The position numbers and the translations under genes are program-made. Under the pieces are notes generated by a model that saw only the letters and a list, made by a program, of their open reading frames with translations, made no database searches and was not told the DNA's origin. A DNA stretch of 63,397 nucleotides, the filler included, from Trichomonas gallinae (taxonomy: Eukaryota), in the NCBI GenBank assembly GCA_008369845.1. It is 10 parts of 10 records of this genome, joined end to end, with 100 filler letters (N's around TTAATTAATTAA, not from the genome) between each part and the next. Parts side by side here need not be neighbours in the genome. Positions count along the whole stretch, not along the records: positions 23,467 to 25,991 come from MRSU01001425.1; positions 26,092 to 29,240 come from MRSU01001427.1; positions 29,341 to 42,337 come from MRSU01001428.1; 7 more parts are not named here. One strand, given 5' to 3'. Each line of letters opens with the position of its first letter. Position 1 is the stretch's first letter. Shown in pieces: positions 23,467 through 36,210 of this stretch.

Positions 23467-24613
23467 ATTTTGAATATTAGGCAGTCTAACTGAGTGAGTA
23501 GCTATGCTTCAATGTATACATCAATAATATCGGTATCATGATTGGGCTTGTAGTATAAAAAAAAGTTACATCAAAGATTGATGAATCTTGCAAGGGAACA
23601 TGGATACATATGGACGGTTATGTTTGGAAAATCAATATAGGGTGATAGTTGCCTTTAATTACTTACCTAAATTTGCGAGAGAATATTGCTATCTGCTTTT
23701 TCTATTCGATTTAATGATATTTCTTCAGTAAAACACTTTATTATGCAATAAAGAGGCACTTCTGCATGACAAAATTGCGTCGTTACATATGCTTACAAAA
23801 CAATGATAAAATTGCCTTAATTCGCTCCTATTTCGTCTAAATATGTCGTCGATGACATAATATATATACTCTTGTTTCATTAAAAGCGCCGTGACATGTT
23901 CTCAATTTATCACCTCTGTTTTTGTGAACGTGTTGGATAAGTAAAGAAAGAAAATAGAAAAAATGAGGAAGATTTATGGTGAATGCTGTTTTTAAAAGCA
24001 TAACCCCCTACAAAATGTAAAGGAAAACGAAAATAAAAGTTCAAAATGATCGCAAATTTTTATCATAATGTTGTTTTATCCATTTTTATATTTCAAAACG
24101 ATTCCGTATTATGTGGGTATTTCGCATATCACTAAAAGGGAATGGGAAAAACGACATCTCCTTTTTCTCTCAATTTTTGAGGCGTCCTTAGGCCAATAGT
24201 TCATTTCGGCGGAATACAACAACTGGCCGACCACACATTAACACAGTGTATTGATGCCCGTGATGTTCTCATTGAAAACGCGAGTTTACTTTTTGGAAAA
24301 TTTTGTAATTGCTTCAAAACATGCACAAAAGATAATGTCTAGCGTATATGTACAGAACATGTTATGTTTTGAAAAAATTAAATTGAAATCCACACAAACT
24401 GTTGAAAACTAATTGAAAGCTTTGAGAGGACAGTAAAACTTAGCTTTTTTTTACACCTTCTCTTCAAAAATATTATATAATAAGTTGTAGCTTATAAATA
24501 TGTAAAAGAACCTGTCATGCCAATTCAATATTCTGCTGCTTTACAATTTTTGATAGGAAATAACAATCCTCAGAAAGTCACAGCAACTTCATTTTTTCGA
24601 TTCGCAGCAACAA

Positions 24614-25909
24614 ATGGCGAACTTCTGCGTCAAAGAGCTGATCTACGGTCTCATCATCATGACCGCATCAATGAACTTCGGATACACAGTCGGTTTCCCA
24701 TCACCTCTCGTCCCATGGTTCCAGGAGAAGTGGGGAATCAGCACAATGAACACAACGTGGTTCAACGCCGTATTACCTTTACTCGCTATCATCGGCCCAT
24801 TCATCACAACATTCATGTTAAGCTTCATGCCAAGAAGGTTAGTTTTCTGCATCCTCCAAGTTACATCTGCAGTCATCTACTTGATCATGATGGCAACGAA
24901 CGCTAAGAACTTCTGGCTCATGATCCTCATGCGTGCCATCTTAGGATTAGTCATCGGTGGCGTCACATCAATCGCACCAACAATGCTCGTCGAAGCTGCA
25001 CCAGCAGGCCTCTCTGGCTTCTTCGGAAACTTGAACCAGATCGGATGCGTCATCGGCATCATCATCATGTACCTCCAAGGCAACTGGGAAGTCAACGTCT
25101 CTAAGACAGGCGCAAACAACTGGCGCTCACTCGAGATCACATGCGCAGTCCTCAACCTCGTCGGTGCCGGCCTCATCTGGGTCTGCCCAGAGACAGGCAA
25201 GATCGCAAAGAAGGATGAAGGCGACAACACGGAGGAGAAGCCAAAGGAGAGTGTCTTCCAGAAGCAGTACCTCGGCAAGCTCTTAGTCGGCATCGCGATG
25301 ATGTTCATCCAGCAGTTCTGCGGCATCAACGCCATCCTCACAAACCTCGACCAGAACTTCAAGGATGTCGGTGCACCACTCGACAGCGGCATCGCATCAA
25401 CAATCTCTGTCGTCGCACAGCTCCTCGCAGTCTTCGTCTCTGGCTTCTTAGTCGACAAGCTCGGAAGAAGACCACTCTTCTGCATCTCTTGCCTCGGATG
25501 CGGCATCATGCTCATCATCTTCGCTCTCAACTACAACTTCGGATGGGCAGACTGGCTCTCGATCGTCGTCATCTTCATCTACATGTTCTTCTTCGGCGCT
25601 GCACTCGGTCCAATCCCGTGGTTCGTCGTCCCAGAGCTCTTCCCAGACTCGGTCAGATCAATGGGTGCATCAATGATCTCAATGGCAAACCAGCTCTTCT
25701 CGTTCATCGTCATCTTCATGTTCCCATGGCTCAAGGGTGACGTAGACGCAAACGGAAAGCGCACAAGCGGAATCGGCCTCATGTGGACATCAATCATCTT
25801 CGCGATCATCGCATGCGCAGGCTCTGTCTTCGGCTTCTTCTTCATCACAGAACCAGACAACAAGAAGGAGTCACTCGACAACGACGACCCTCAGGCTGCT
25901 GACTTGTAA
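24614..25909 (+). CDS. MFS sugar porter (hexose transporter)
   Basis: 12-TM pattern with QQFCGINAI, VDKLGRR and GPIPWFVVPELFP; strong codon bias; Inr TCATT upstream. Confidence 0.95.
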   Translation: MANFCVKELIYGLIIMTASMNFGYTVGFPSPLVPWFQEKWGISTMNTTWFNAVLPLLAIIGPFITTFMLSFMPRRLVFCILQVTSAVIYLIMMATNAKNFWLMILMRAILGLVIGGVTSIAPTMLVEAAPAGLSGFFGNLNQIGCVIGIIIMYLQGNWEVNVSKTGANNWRSLEITCAVLNLVGAGLIWVCPETGKIAKKDEGDNTEEKPKESVFQKQYLGKLLVGIAMMFIQQFCGINAILTNLDQNFKDVGAPLDSGIASTISVVAQLLAVFVSGFLVDKLGRRPLFCISCLGCGIMLIIFALNYNFGWADWLSIVVIFIYMFFFGAALGPIPWFVVPELFPDSVRSMGASMISMANQLFSFIVIFMFPWLKGDVDANGKRTSGIGLMWTSIIFAIIACAGSVFGFFFITEPDNKKESLDNDDPQAADL

Positions 25910-25991
25910 GATAAATCTCACATTTTTGTTTAGTAATACCTAAAATAAAAAGCCTAGCTTTATATTAATTTGAATTTCATGAAATTTGTCA

Positions 25992-26091
25992 NNNNNNNNN
26001 NNNNNNNNNNNNNNNNNNNNNNNNNNNNNNNNNNNTTAATTAATTAANNNNNNNNNNNNNNNNNNNNNNNNNNNNNNNNNNNNNNNNNNNN
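25992..26091. other. Artificial contig spacer
   Basis: N44-TTAATTAATTAA-N44. Confidence 0.98.
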
Positions 26092-27232
26092 ATTATTGCA
26101 GGAGCAGGTGGCTCTAGTGGTGATTTATCAGACTATTATTACGGCCTCAATCCTCCGAATAGTTGTAAATCTGGATTTGTTAATGGCATTAATTGTTGAA
26201 TAAATAATTTCAAAAAAGCATATGTTGAAAATTATTATAATGTTCCAGAAATTTCAATGATTTATAAAAGTTCCAGAAATTTGAATGTTTTACAAAGGTC
26301 TCAATATTGAGAGAAAGTGGACTTCACTTTTTGATAATTCCAAATTGAACACCTCATTTAACAATATAGTTACAGTTCATGGTTCATCAGCGGCTTTGAT
26401 TTCCATTAACCATACAGATACGCTAAATAACGTATCTATGGTTATTAATATCAGATTTATTTCAATGAGCTCAATGAATTTTAGAAATCTTTCCAGTGAG
26501 TTATTTTCGCGAATTTTTTTATAGATAATATCTTATCTAGTATTATTGATGTTTATCTACCGACTAAAAATTGCAAAGTAAGCTGGAATATTCAATTCAA
26601 ATTTCATAGCAATTAAAGGTAGAAATGATTTGTTTTATTTGGATGATTTTTGCACATTTATGAGCCTGTAAAACTTTGAAATGTGAAAATATATTTATTT
26701 AAACTGAACAGATTTTCGCGCGTATAAATTGTTTTGCTTATTGGTGCTGTAATTATGCAAGATAATTTGTAAATTTTTCGATTTAAAAATTTTTAACAAA
26801 TTTGACGAAATTATCTAATTTAATTTTTTATGGGACATCGAAGCAACGTTAGATGAAATTCGAGATACTATTAGTGAGACATAGCATTTTATATTGATAT
26901 TGATATTGAAAAATATAAAAATTTAATTTCAAAATCACTTACCAGCACTAGATAAAGAAATGATAATTATATTTATATATCATTTTTGCTATTCAATTTT
27001 TCTTCTGTTTATTTTTAGTAAATCATATATAGTTCATGATTTTTATATATGTGCAAAATTTCCTATGAACAATAATGCATTGAAACTAATAATTATTTGA
27101 ATTTTGAAGTTCTTTCAAAAAATCACGAAATTTTATTTTGAATGGGGTACTTATCCATTTTATTTATTATTATTTTTATGTTGCTTTCAAAAATTCTAAG
27201 CAGATGATTCAATTTTTAATATTTATAAGCAG

Positions 27233-29240
27233 ATGATAGTGCTTTTCGCTAAATCAGTTCAGGCCTCATTATTTGGTTGGCACTCCTATAGGAACGCGAC
27301 ACAGCCTGGTGTAGAATACTATAATTCCCAAAAAGGCGAAAGATTGATTTCGAATACTCAATACTTACCATTAGCCGATGATTCAATGACATCAAACCTG
27401 AATTCAGATCCACTACCAACTTTGAGGATTCTATCTGATAAGTATGTGTTTAAAAGTAATGAACCTCAAAAAATACAATTCGAAGTTCACGGTAGAGATC
27501 AAAATGAAAATTTAGTAGTAAGATGCATAGTATATGGAAAGAAAGAAGAACTAATTCACAATGGAAGTGCAGGCACATTTGAATCAGAAATACACGCCCC
27601 AGCAGGAATCAGTTTAATAGGCTGCGCAGCCTGGGATTCGCAAATGCAACGATCGAATATCGCAATCTCACTTGTTACAGTACATACTCAAGGATCACCT
27701 TCATTAAAAGACCTCTCATATAAAACTAAATTTGTTGTTGGTGATACAGTAAACATAACAGGCAAAATCGTCCAAGATCACGTCTCACCTGTGATCTTAT
27801 ATCATTACTTAAACGAATCTAATCCACGTAATAACATAACCGATCACGTCGGAATGGAATTCAAATCAGCGCTTTCACCTGGTAGCGATTTCGCTTATAA
27901 CTTTACTATAAATGAAAGCACGCCAATAGGAAATGCAACATTAACTTTCTACGGAGAAGATGACATTTTTACCACAACTAAATTTTCATTAATAGATATT
28001 GAGATATTTGATAAGCCAGAACTTATCATAGATGAATTACCCACACAATTTGATAAAAAAGAGTCACCATTCACCGTTAATTCATTTGTTTTAAAAGGTA
28101 TTAGAGGCGCAACATATGATTTGAAAGCCATGATTGGTTCGTATTCATTCAATTCTAAATATACAGAAGGAGAAAACTCGACCAAGATCCAATATGAAAC
28201 AAATAATCTTCCAAGTGGAACTTATAATTTTTCAATTTACGCTGCAGAACAAACATATCCATCTCACAAAACAGATACAACCACAAAATCAATTATTTTT
28301 GCTTATGTTCCACACTTGAAAATTGTTTTTCAAAAGAACGAATATACTTATGGAGATCCTATATTTATAACTTTTGATTTGGATGATAATGATCCTCAAG
28401 ATAAAACAACGTTGTATTATTCATTAAATGGAGAAAGCTACAAAGCTGATACCACTAAATACTCAAATGGTACATTTAATTTTACTGTTCCGGTTCCTGA
28501 ATATTATGATGGCGAACTCAAACTTTCTTTCTATGCACAAGATACTTATGGAGCTAAGTCTGAAACAATTAATACTAAATTTATGGTAAGAGTTAAGCCA
28601 GAAATTTCTGTTGAATTCCTTACAGGCGAAGATATTAAGATTGGACAAGAGATACAAATCAAAACTACTCTAATAAGATCCCATCAAGGCGATCCTGTAA
28701 AAATCAAAGCATCATTCGGTTCATTAACTCTCACTGATGTTAATTACAATGCTGGTACAGAAGGATACATGCTTATCAAACTTAAAGCTCCTGTTGCTTC
28801 TGATCACATTCTAACAGTTTATGCTTATGACTCAACATACGAATCACGACATGCAACAAAGTATTACAGCATATTCTCAAAGCCAGTATTAACAATAAAA
28901 ACAAATCAATTCAACTATCTAGTTGGAAATGATGTCGTTTTGAAATTCAATATTGCTCACCAGGTAGATTATGAAGTATCCGATATTTTTGTTTCAGAAA
29001 ATGATAGAGATTTTTTACCATACCTTAAAAAAATTAATGGAGATTTCAATTATACAATAAATGCCAAAGTTGCTATGATCAAAAAATATCAGTTTATTGC
29101 TCAAAATAAACTATTTCTATCCGATCCAATAGAAGTAACAATAGGCATCTACAACAAAGAAAAGGTTTCAGCACAGACAGAGATGAGAGCTTATGTTGCA
29201 CTTGAAGAATCTGTAAAAATCAAACTAAAAGTAATCGACG
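27233..29240 (+). CDS. Large secreted/surface protein with tandem ~95-aa Ig-like (Bap-like) repeats, truncated by gap
   Basis: Signal-like start; repeats begin with P-x-L/I and end with YAxD..S; the ORF runs into the N spacer. Confidence 0.75.
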
Positions 29241-29340
29241 NNNNNNNNNNNNNNNNNNNNNNNNNNNNNNNNNNNNNNNNNNNNTTAATTAATTAANNNN
29301 NNNNNNNNNNNNNNNNNNNNNNNNNNNNNNNNNNNNNNNN
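29241..29340. other. Artificial contig spacer
   Basis: N44-TTAATTAATTAA-N44. Confidence 0.98.
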
Positions 29341-29429
29341 AGATCATATTCCCCTATGCCATATGTATCCAACAGGCATGGTTTCGAGTCGATCTGAAAA
29401 GGTGGAGGGAGTTCCCCCCCCCCCTTTAT

Positions 29430-29630
29430 TAAATTGCACCATAATCTTTAAGCATTTTTACGATTTCATGATGACGTCCTTTTGAAGCCAAAATCAAAGC
29501 ATTAGATTATCTTTTGCGTTGACATCTATTCCAGGAACTGCGCGAAGGAGTTTGACAATTTCATGATGATCTGAAGTAAGAATCAAAGCTGTGTTATTGC
29601 AAAAATCTTTTGCGTTTGCCTCTATGTCTG
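29430..29630 (-). pseudogene. Ankyrin-repeat remnant
   Basis: Reads IEANAKDFCNNTALIL..HHEIVKLLRAVPGIDVNAKD, then after a frameshift ALILASKGRHHEIVKMLKDYGA. Confidence 0.65.
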
Positions 29631-30379
29631 ATTCATTTCTTCGATATTTTTGTTGACTGATTGACTTTGTGTCTGTAATGTAGATATTTGCGTTTGATCA
29701 TGAACTTCGTCGAGTGTATCAGTTTCAATCATCGATGGCGTGAATTGGAAATTAAACTGACAAATGTTGAAAAATTACATTTATAAAGCATGCAATTATT
29801 TTCAATTCAATTATAAATGTAATTTAAAGTGAAAATAATCATAAGCCTCATGATTATAGTTTTAGCACATTTTTAGAGTGATTACACGCCCGTACAACGT
29901 GGAAATATTATATGGCTGACAAATGTTGGAAAATTTTAAAAACTGACAAATGTTGGAAAAAATTTTCTTTCTGTTTTGTTAACTGGAATAGCCAGTATTT
30001 GGTACACTAACGTGATATTTCGTTTCAGACCCGATTTTTGAAATTCAGTTTTTGAATATTAATCTTTATGAGTCGAGTGAGAGTGATTAAAATATGTATA
30101 GGTTTATAGAAAACATGCTTGGATAACATTGACTTTATTCAAGGTATTTTGTTAAACGTTTCCTGTGATATTATCGTATTATCAAATAAACACTAGTAAT
30201 TTTTTCTTGAATAAAATTTAAAACAAAAAAATCATAAAAATAGTGATGATTTCGCAAGGTTATGAATATTAAATCATAATATTCTTATGTTTACTAACTA
30301 ATTTGATTGAAAGAAATATTATTTGAACAAAAAACACACAATTTATACAAACATTTATATAACAGACGTGAAGGCATTA

Positions 30380-31000
30380 TTACATTCCTTCAGTCTCTGA
30401 TTCTTCGTCGCAAGAATCTATAAAATCAGTAATTGGTTTTAATACCGGAAAACATTTGACTAACATACTATTAATATCGAATTTAAAATCAATGCGGTCT
30501 ATGATGTTCATTTGAGTATACATTTTTGTATCACTTTTCAAAAATTTAATGACGATTTGATTTTCTCCCTGTGTTGCCGATATATCCGAATCAAAAACTA
30601 TGAAAGGAAGTCCAAGAGTAGAAATTGGTCTTGGAATATTACGATTTCGAACGATTAACGCATTAATATACGCTAATAGTCTCATTTTGTATTTGAGTTT
30701 TTCGATTTTATCTTTTATAACTAAATTTTTTGTGACGTAATTTATCTGATCTTGTTGAGATTTTATGTTATTTGAATATCCAACCCACGTAATGTTTGTT
30801 CCATTCTTGTTTATGATGTCTGCTGCGGCTAAAACGCCAATAACATCATACACGCGTCTTTTCATTGATGTTTGCTGTGAAGGTCCTTGAATTCCCGAAA
30901 TCATCATAGATGTTAGATCCGAGGCATTCATGGTACCCGATGACTTTAGTTTTTCTGCAATTACGGCGGAAATTGTTTTCAAACTTCCGTCTTGACTCAT
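30380..31000 (-). CDS. E2F/DP-family transcription factor (DP-like)
   Basis: Winged-helix signature KRRVYDVIGVL..IIxK..ITWVG, followed by a coiled coil and LIVRN..LPFIV dimerisation segment. Confidence 0.88.
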   Translation of the reverse strand: MSQDGSLKTISAVIAEKLKSSGTMNASDLTSMMISGIQGPSQQTSMKRRVYDVIGVLAAADIINKNGTNITWVGYSNNIKSQQDQINYVTKNLVIKDKIEKLKYKMRLLAYINALIVRNRNIPRPISTLGLPFIVFDSDISATQGENQIVIKFLKSDTKMYTQMNIIDRIDFKFDINSMLVKCFPVLKPITDFIDSCDEESETEGM

Positions 31001-31758
31001 TATAGAAAATAAAAATTGCGGGCTTTTTTTTCTTTCGACGTTTGGACTCAGCACATGATACTACCCAGGAATTGCTGACTCGCCGCCTTCAAACACATGA
31101 AACAATTATGGCGCCATAATATTATTCAATTTTACCTCCATTTCACATCCATTAATACCATATATAGGAGGATTGGATCATATATCTCTTATTGTAAAGT
31201 TTAATCTGATTAGATTATGAAAATCATATCAAATAAACTCTTTTTGTACTTGCAATACACAAATATACAATTCTGTACTCCAAAAAACTTCAATATCATT
31301 AGATAACAATATATTAAGAACATAAATATATGGATAACAAAATTATCACTGAAAAATGAGTGATTTTAATCCATGTTTAAAAGATGTATTTTCTTGATAA
31401 ATATATATCTCATTATATATAAAGATATTCAATAATTTTGTAAAGGAAACATATTTGTTTATTGACAAAGGGACTTCCAATGTGTGCAAAACATCATGTT
31501 GTGTTAATTGGCAGCCCATTTTTTGGTACACTTATGTGACCTTTCGTTTCTGACTTTCTCGACTTTTGAAATTCTGTTGATTCAATGGTGACAAATTTGG
31601 CCATAAATTTACCAACAATTTTTAATGTGCTTGTTAAATTATCATGAAATTGTTTTTATAAGGGTAACCTTTATAATTCGTGATATTGGATACTTTCACA
31701 AATTATGAATTTTTCCATCAATTGAATTTTTCAAAAATGGTCAAGTCATTTTTTTATA

Positions 31759-32921
31759 GATGGACTCTACCAATATAGGCGATATTCAATCAATGATTTC
31801 TAATGATCCACTCATTAAAAGTTTCATAAGGAGAAACTCTGTACATGTTTGAAAAACACAAAGTTAAATTTCACTGAATCTTCATATATTTTTCAGCAGA
31901 TAAGATCTAAATATGAAATAATAGACAGACTCGATATAATTCGTAGCTTATCTATTGATTTTGATGAAATTAACAATATTGAAATATCAAAAATTCTTGA
32001 ATTGCTCAGAATCTTTGGTATATGCATCGAATGGAATGCTTTCGATTCAATTGTTGAGATCATTGAGTTTCCAAAACGATAACAAGAATATCAAAGCTTT
32101 GCAAGCTGCTTATAATTTCGGCCCAATATACGACATTTTTAATAAAATTGATGAAGAAAATGATGTTGAAGCTATGTCTTTTGCTATCAATGAAAAACTA
32201 CACGAGAAAAAAAAAAAAGAATATATATAATCATGATATATTTTCATACTCATTGAAAAAATCCAACTTGAATTCAACCTCATTTGTTTTATGATAGAAT
32301 ATGAAGTTGATTTCAAACAGAATATATTGCTTGCGAATAACATATTTTTCAAAAATCCCACACTTTGACGTCAATGCATAAGACAGAAACAACGCTACAG
32401 CTATGATTTATGCTTCCGAAAAAGGTCATCATGAAGTTGTCAAACTGCTTCTCACAGTTCCTGGAATAGGTATCAACGAAAAAAAAAAAAAAAAAAAAAA
32501 AAAACAATTGGAACGATACAGCTTTGATTAGGGCTTCAGAATGGTCATCATGAAATTTTTAATCTTTTTTGCATCTCCTGGAATAGATATCTATGCAAAA
32601 AACTAATACAACAGAACAGCTTTGTTTATGGCTTCATTAAATGGCCACGATGAAGTTGTTAAACTCCCTCTCGCAGTTTCTGGAATAGAGGTCAACACTA
32701 AAGACAACTTTACCAAAACAGCTATGATTATGGCTTCAGAAAGAGGTGATGATGACATGGTCAAACTCCTTCTTGCAGTTCCTGGAATAAAAACTTCTAT
32801 AAAAAAATTTAAATCAACGCAAAATATCAAAATTCTTTTCAGAGAAATTATTTCAATTATTAGTTTTAGAAGGCGCGTCCTCGACGCTATCATCTCTCTG
32901 CATTATATTGTATTCTTGTAA
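31759..32921 (+). pseudogene. Ankyrin-repeat pseudogene with multiple frameshifts and stops
   Basis: Fragments ASEKGHHEVVKLLLTVPGI, ASLNGHDEVVKL..GIEVNTKD and ASERGDDDMVKLLL lie in different frames; long A runs near 32207 and 32479-32503. Confidence 0.7.
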
Positions 32922-33103
32922 AAATTTCCTTAAGCATATCATTGGTAAAATTATTATCAAAGATATATTTTTTTATATAGATATGATGATAATTTTTAGT
33001 ATTTTGCATATATAAGAATATAGAATGCTAAATATATAGTTTAAAAAGGCTAAATTTGAGTTTAGAAAAAAAGCACAAAATTTTAATAAAAGTGACAGAT
33101 TCT

Positions 33104-34297
33104 ATGACGCAGAAAGTTGTTGAATTTGAAGTCCTTTACGAAGACGGCCCCGCTCGCTGTGCTAAGATGGGATTTCACCGTCCAAGCGATTACTACTTCG
33201 AAACACCCATTTTCATGCCTGTAGCCACACAAGGCTCATTGAAGGGAATGACGCCCGAGCAAATCCTCGCTCTTCCACACAATCCACCGATCATTTTGGG
33301 AAATACGTATCACCTTGGTCTCAGACCGGGCCCAGAACTCTTAAATGAAGTTGGAGGTCTCCATAAGTGGATGAACTGGCCACACGGCATGCTAACAGAC
33401 AGCGGCGGCTTCCAAATGGTTTCCCTCGCCAAACTTTCAACTGTTACAGAAGAAGGTGTTAGATTTACAGCACCTCATGCAAGTGGCGCAGAAATTTTAC
33501 TCAAACCGGAAGATTCCATACATATTCAGAACGCAATCGGCTCAAATATCGCCATGATGCTCGATGACGTCGTCCCCTCACTCATGACCGGTCCCCGCGT
33601 CGAAGAAGCCATGTATAGAACAATCAGATGGTTGGACCGCGCAATAGAAGCTCACCAGCGCCCGCACGACCAAGCAATCTTTGCAATCGTCCAAGGCGGC
33701 CTCGACCAAGACAGAAGGAGGTTCTGCGCCCAAGAAATGGTTAAGCGCAAGGATAAACTCGGAGGATTCGCGATCGGCGGACTTTCTGGCGGCGAAGCAA
33801 AGGAAATCTTCTGGCAGTCGGTCAAAACGTCCGTTTCTCAGCTCCCAAGAGATATCCCGCGCTACTGCATGGGTGTTGGCTATGCAGAAGACATCGCTGT
33901 ATGCATAGCATTAGGCGTTGATATGTTCGACTGCGTTTATCCGACAAGGACAGCAAGATTCGGTACTGCTCTCACGTGGAAGGGCAACGAGCACGTTTCG
34001 AAGTGGAAGGACATGGAAGGACCAATCGAGAAAGAGTGCGGATGCTGGACATGCACGCACGTCTCGAGAACAAGCCTTTATCACATGCAGCACACGCCAA
34101 TGTGCGGACAACTGCTGTCAATTCACAATGTTGAGTTCCAGAACAGACTGACAAGTTACTTGAGAGAAGGTATCAAGAAGAAAGAGCTCGGAAAGTACGA
34201 AAGAGAGTTCTTCTACGCGAGATATCCGGACGGAAACATCCCACAGTGGGTTGTTGATGCCCTCGCTTCTGTTAATATAGATATAAAGCAATGTTAA
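33104..34297 (+). CDS. QTRT1: Queuine tRNA-ribosyltransferase catalytic subunit (TGT)
   Basis: [53 protein letters not shown] and zinc motif CxCxxC...H. Confidence 0.95.
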   Translation: MTQKVVEFEVLYEDGPARCAKMGFHRPSDYYFETPIFMPVATQGSLKGMTPEQILALPHNPPIILGNTYHLGLRPGPELLNEVGGLHKWMNWPHGMLTDSGGFQMVSLAKLSTVTEEGVRFTAPHASGAEILLKPEDSIHIQNAIGSNIAMMLDDVVPSLMTGPRVEEAMYRTIRWLDRAIEAHQRPHDQAIFAIVQGGLDQDRRRFCAQEMVKRKDKLGGFAIGGLSGGEAKEIFWQSVKTSVSQLPRDIPRYCMGVGYAEDIAVCIALGVDMFDCVYPTRTARFGTALTWKGNEHVSKWKDMEGPIEKECGCWTCTHVSRTSLYHMQHTPMCGQLLSIHNVEFQNRLTSYLREGIKKKELGKYEREFFYARYPDGNIPQWVVDALASVNIDIKQC

Positions 34298-34659
34298 TAT
34301 TATTATTTAATCACAAAATCTTTTTTTTTCATCATTCACTATAAAACTATAATAAACAATAAAAATTATAAAAATTTAGATATAATTTAATTCAATCAAT
34401 TAAAATAATTTTAATTAATTTTTATTTGATTTATTCACGTTTCTTCTAGTATGATATATAATGATATATAAGACTTGATTCGAATTTGATTTGTGGTTTT
34501 CAGTTTGAAAGAAAAAATGATAAACAAAAAAATAAAATAGAAAAAATAATTCGCATTTATTCAAACAATATGAAAATTTTCTTATTAGGATCCATATGAA
34601 ATTGTTTCTATGTGTTTCACTATGCATTTCCAGTTTTAATAATAAAAAATGAATAATTC

Positions 34660-35439
34660 TTATTTGCATACATTCCAGTATAGTATTTTATGCGACAATG
34701 CTAATTCATTTGCTTTTTGATTCACTAAATACATATTTCGACTTATAACTGGAGAATTCGTTTTGATGTATAGAATTTTGGTAGTATTATCAATCAAGAT
34801 TCCTGAATTATGGGTTTTAACTAAGTTTAGCACTTCATCTTTATCTTTTGATAAAATACTCGCTGCTGTTTCTAGATTTAATTTATCATTCTCTGATATT
34901 AATTTCTTCAAGGATTCTCTGAGATTATTCGCCTTTTTTGCTGCTTTTTTATCAAGTATAAGATCCAACAAAGTTGCAGACTCTCTTTCAAAATTTTCAA
35001 ATAATATGAAAGACGCATTTTCCTCATCATCATTCTGTAAATAAGTGTAAAAAGTTTTGTCGTCATTGTTATTATCGATATTTTCGATATTAATGTCATC
35101 AATTAAATATCTTCCAATGATGTAATAATACTTAGCATATGGTTTATAAAACGGTGTTAACACTTCATAATTATGGGCTTTGGATAAATAGAAAACAGAT
35201 TTTTTGTATGATTTGTGATTGAAGAAATATATTCCTAGGCCTAATGCGAGAATTTTGTTATCATCATTAAATGTGTGATATAATTTTCTTGACAGTCTGC
35301 ATAATTCGTTTGTATCACTATTATTATACGCTTTCATTAATTTAATCTGATTTTCGACATCTGCAGCTATGCTTTTGAGTGGACGATACGTTTTCTCATC
35401 AGATGATTCTTGTAGGAAGCTCTTTATATAATTATTCAT
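34660..35439 (-). CDS. Hypothetical protein, possible PCI-domain subunit
   Basis: Helical N-terminal part and winged-helix-like C-terminus (LNLETAASIL...ILIDNTTKILYI). Confidence 0.55.
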   Translation of the reverse strand: MNNYIKSFLQESSDEKTYRPLKSIAADVENQIKLMKAYNNSDTNELCRLSRKLYHTFNDDNKILALGLGIYFFNHKSYKKSVFYLSKAHNYEVLTPFYKPYAKYYYIIGRYLIDDINIENIDNNNDDKTFYTYLQNDDEENASFILFENFERESATLLDLILDKKAAKKANNLRESLKKLISENDKLNLETAASILSKDKDEVLNLVKTHNSGILIDNTTKILYIKTNSPVISRNMYLVNQKANELALSHKILYWNVCK

Positions 35440-36210
35440 TTATTTAAAGTGAAGCACTTTACAATTGTCATATTTTTGTAAAGTGACAAAATAATAAGTA
35501 TTATGTTTGTAAACTGTCAAAAATATTACATCAAATTATTTGCGTATCAAAGATCCAAATATTATTATCATCATTGAAGTATTGGTATTATTAGCTAGCA
35601 ATTATATGTTCCATGAAGCCTAGAACAAGATGATTTACCCAAAAAAGATATATGTGGAAATAAAACTAGGATTAGACTTACTTTTTCCTGACCATTTCTT
35701 TAGAGTCATCTTTTTAGAATGTAATCTTTATACCTACACATTTTGAAGTCGTTATTGCGTAAAACTACAGTGTTCTAAATTCGCATTTCATATTTTAAGA
35801 TAACTTTTATGATAAAGAATAAATATTATGAGAATAAAATTGTTTATTGCAATAATGACTTGAATCTAAAGAATATCAAAAAGATTCCTACAGCAGCAAG
35901 ATCAAAGCACTTTGTATATCTATCCCCCATATGGCATTGTACCTATTTATAGACTTTGAGCCAAATTTCAAGGTTATTCCGAATTTATAACTAAAATGTT
36001 TATTTTGGAAAACTAATGAATAATACAATAATATATCAATAATTCTATCATTTTCTAATGTGTTGAATGACTAAAATTGATTTTTTAAAATTCAAGATTT
36101 TTATTTTCGTTGCAATCTGAATTTTTTCACGATATTTCTTAATAAAAGCATTTTTCTAGCTGATTTATCAAATAAAATTGAAAATTTGAAAATTCGTTAA
36201 ATAAAAAGAA

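Noticed and set aside
24517..25881. Overlapping and antisense ORFs on the sugar transporter (similarly on GDH, TGT, LIM and the 61245-61808 ORF)
   Set aside because: Shadow ORFs caused by biased codon usage or low-complexity sequence in the real gene.
26092..26200. Short Gly-rich reading frame IIAGAGGSSG after the gap
   Set aside because: May be the end of a glycine-rich family gene, but too short to call.
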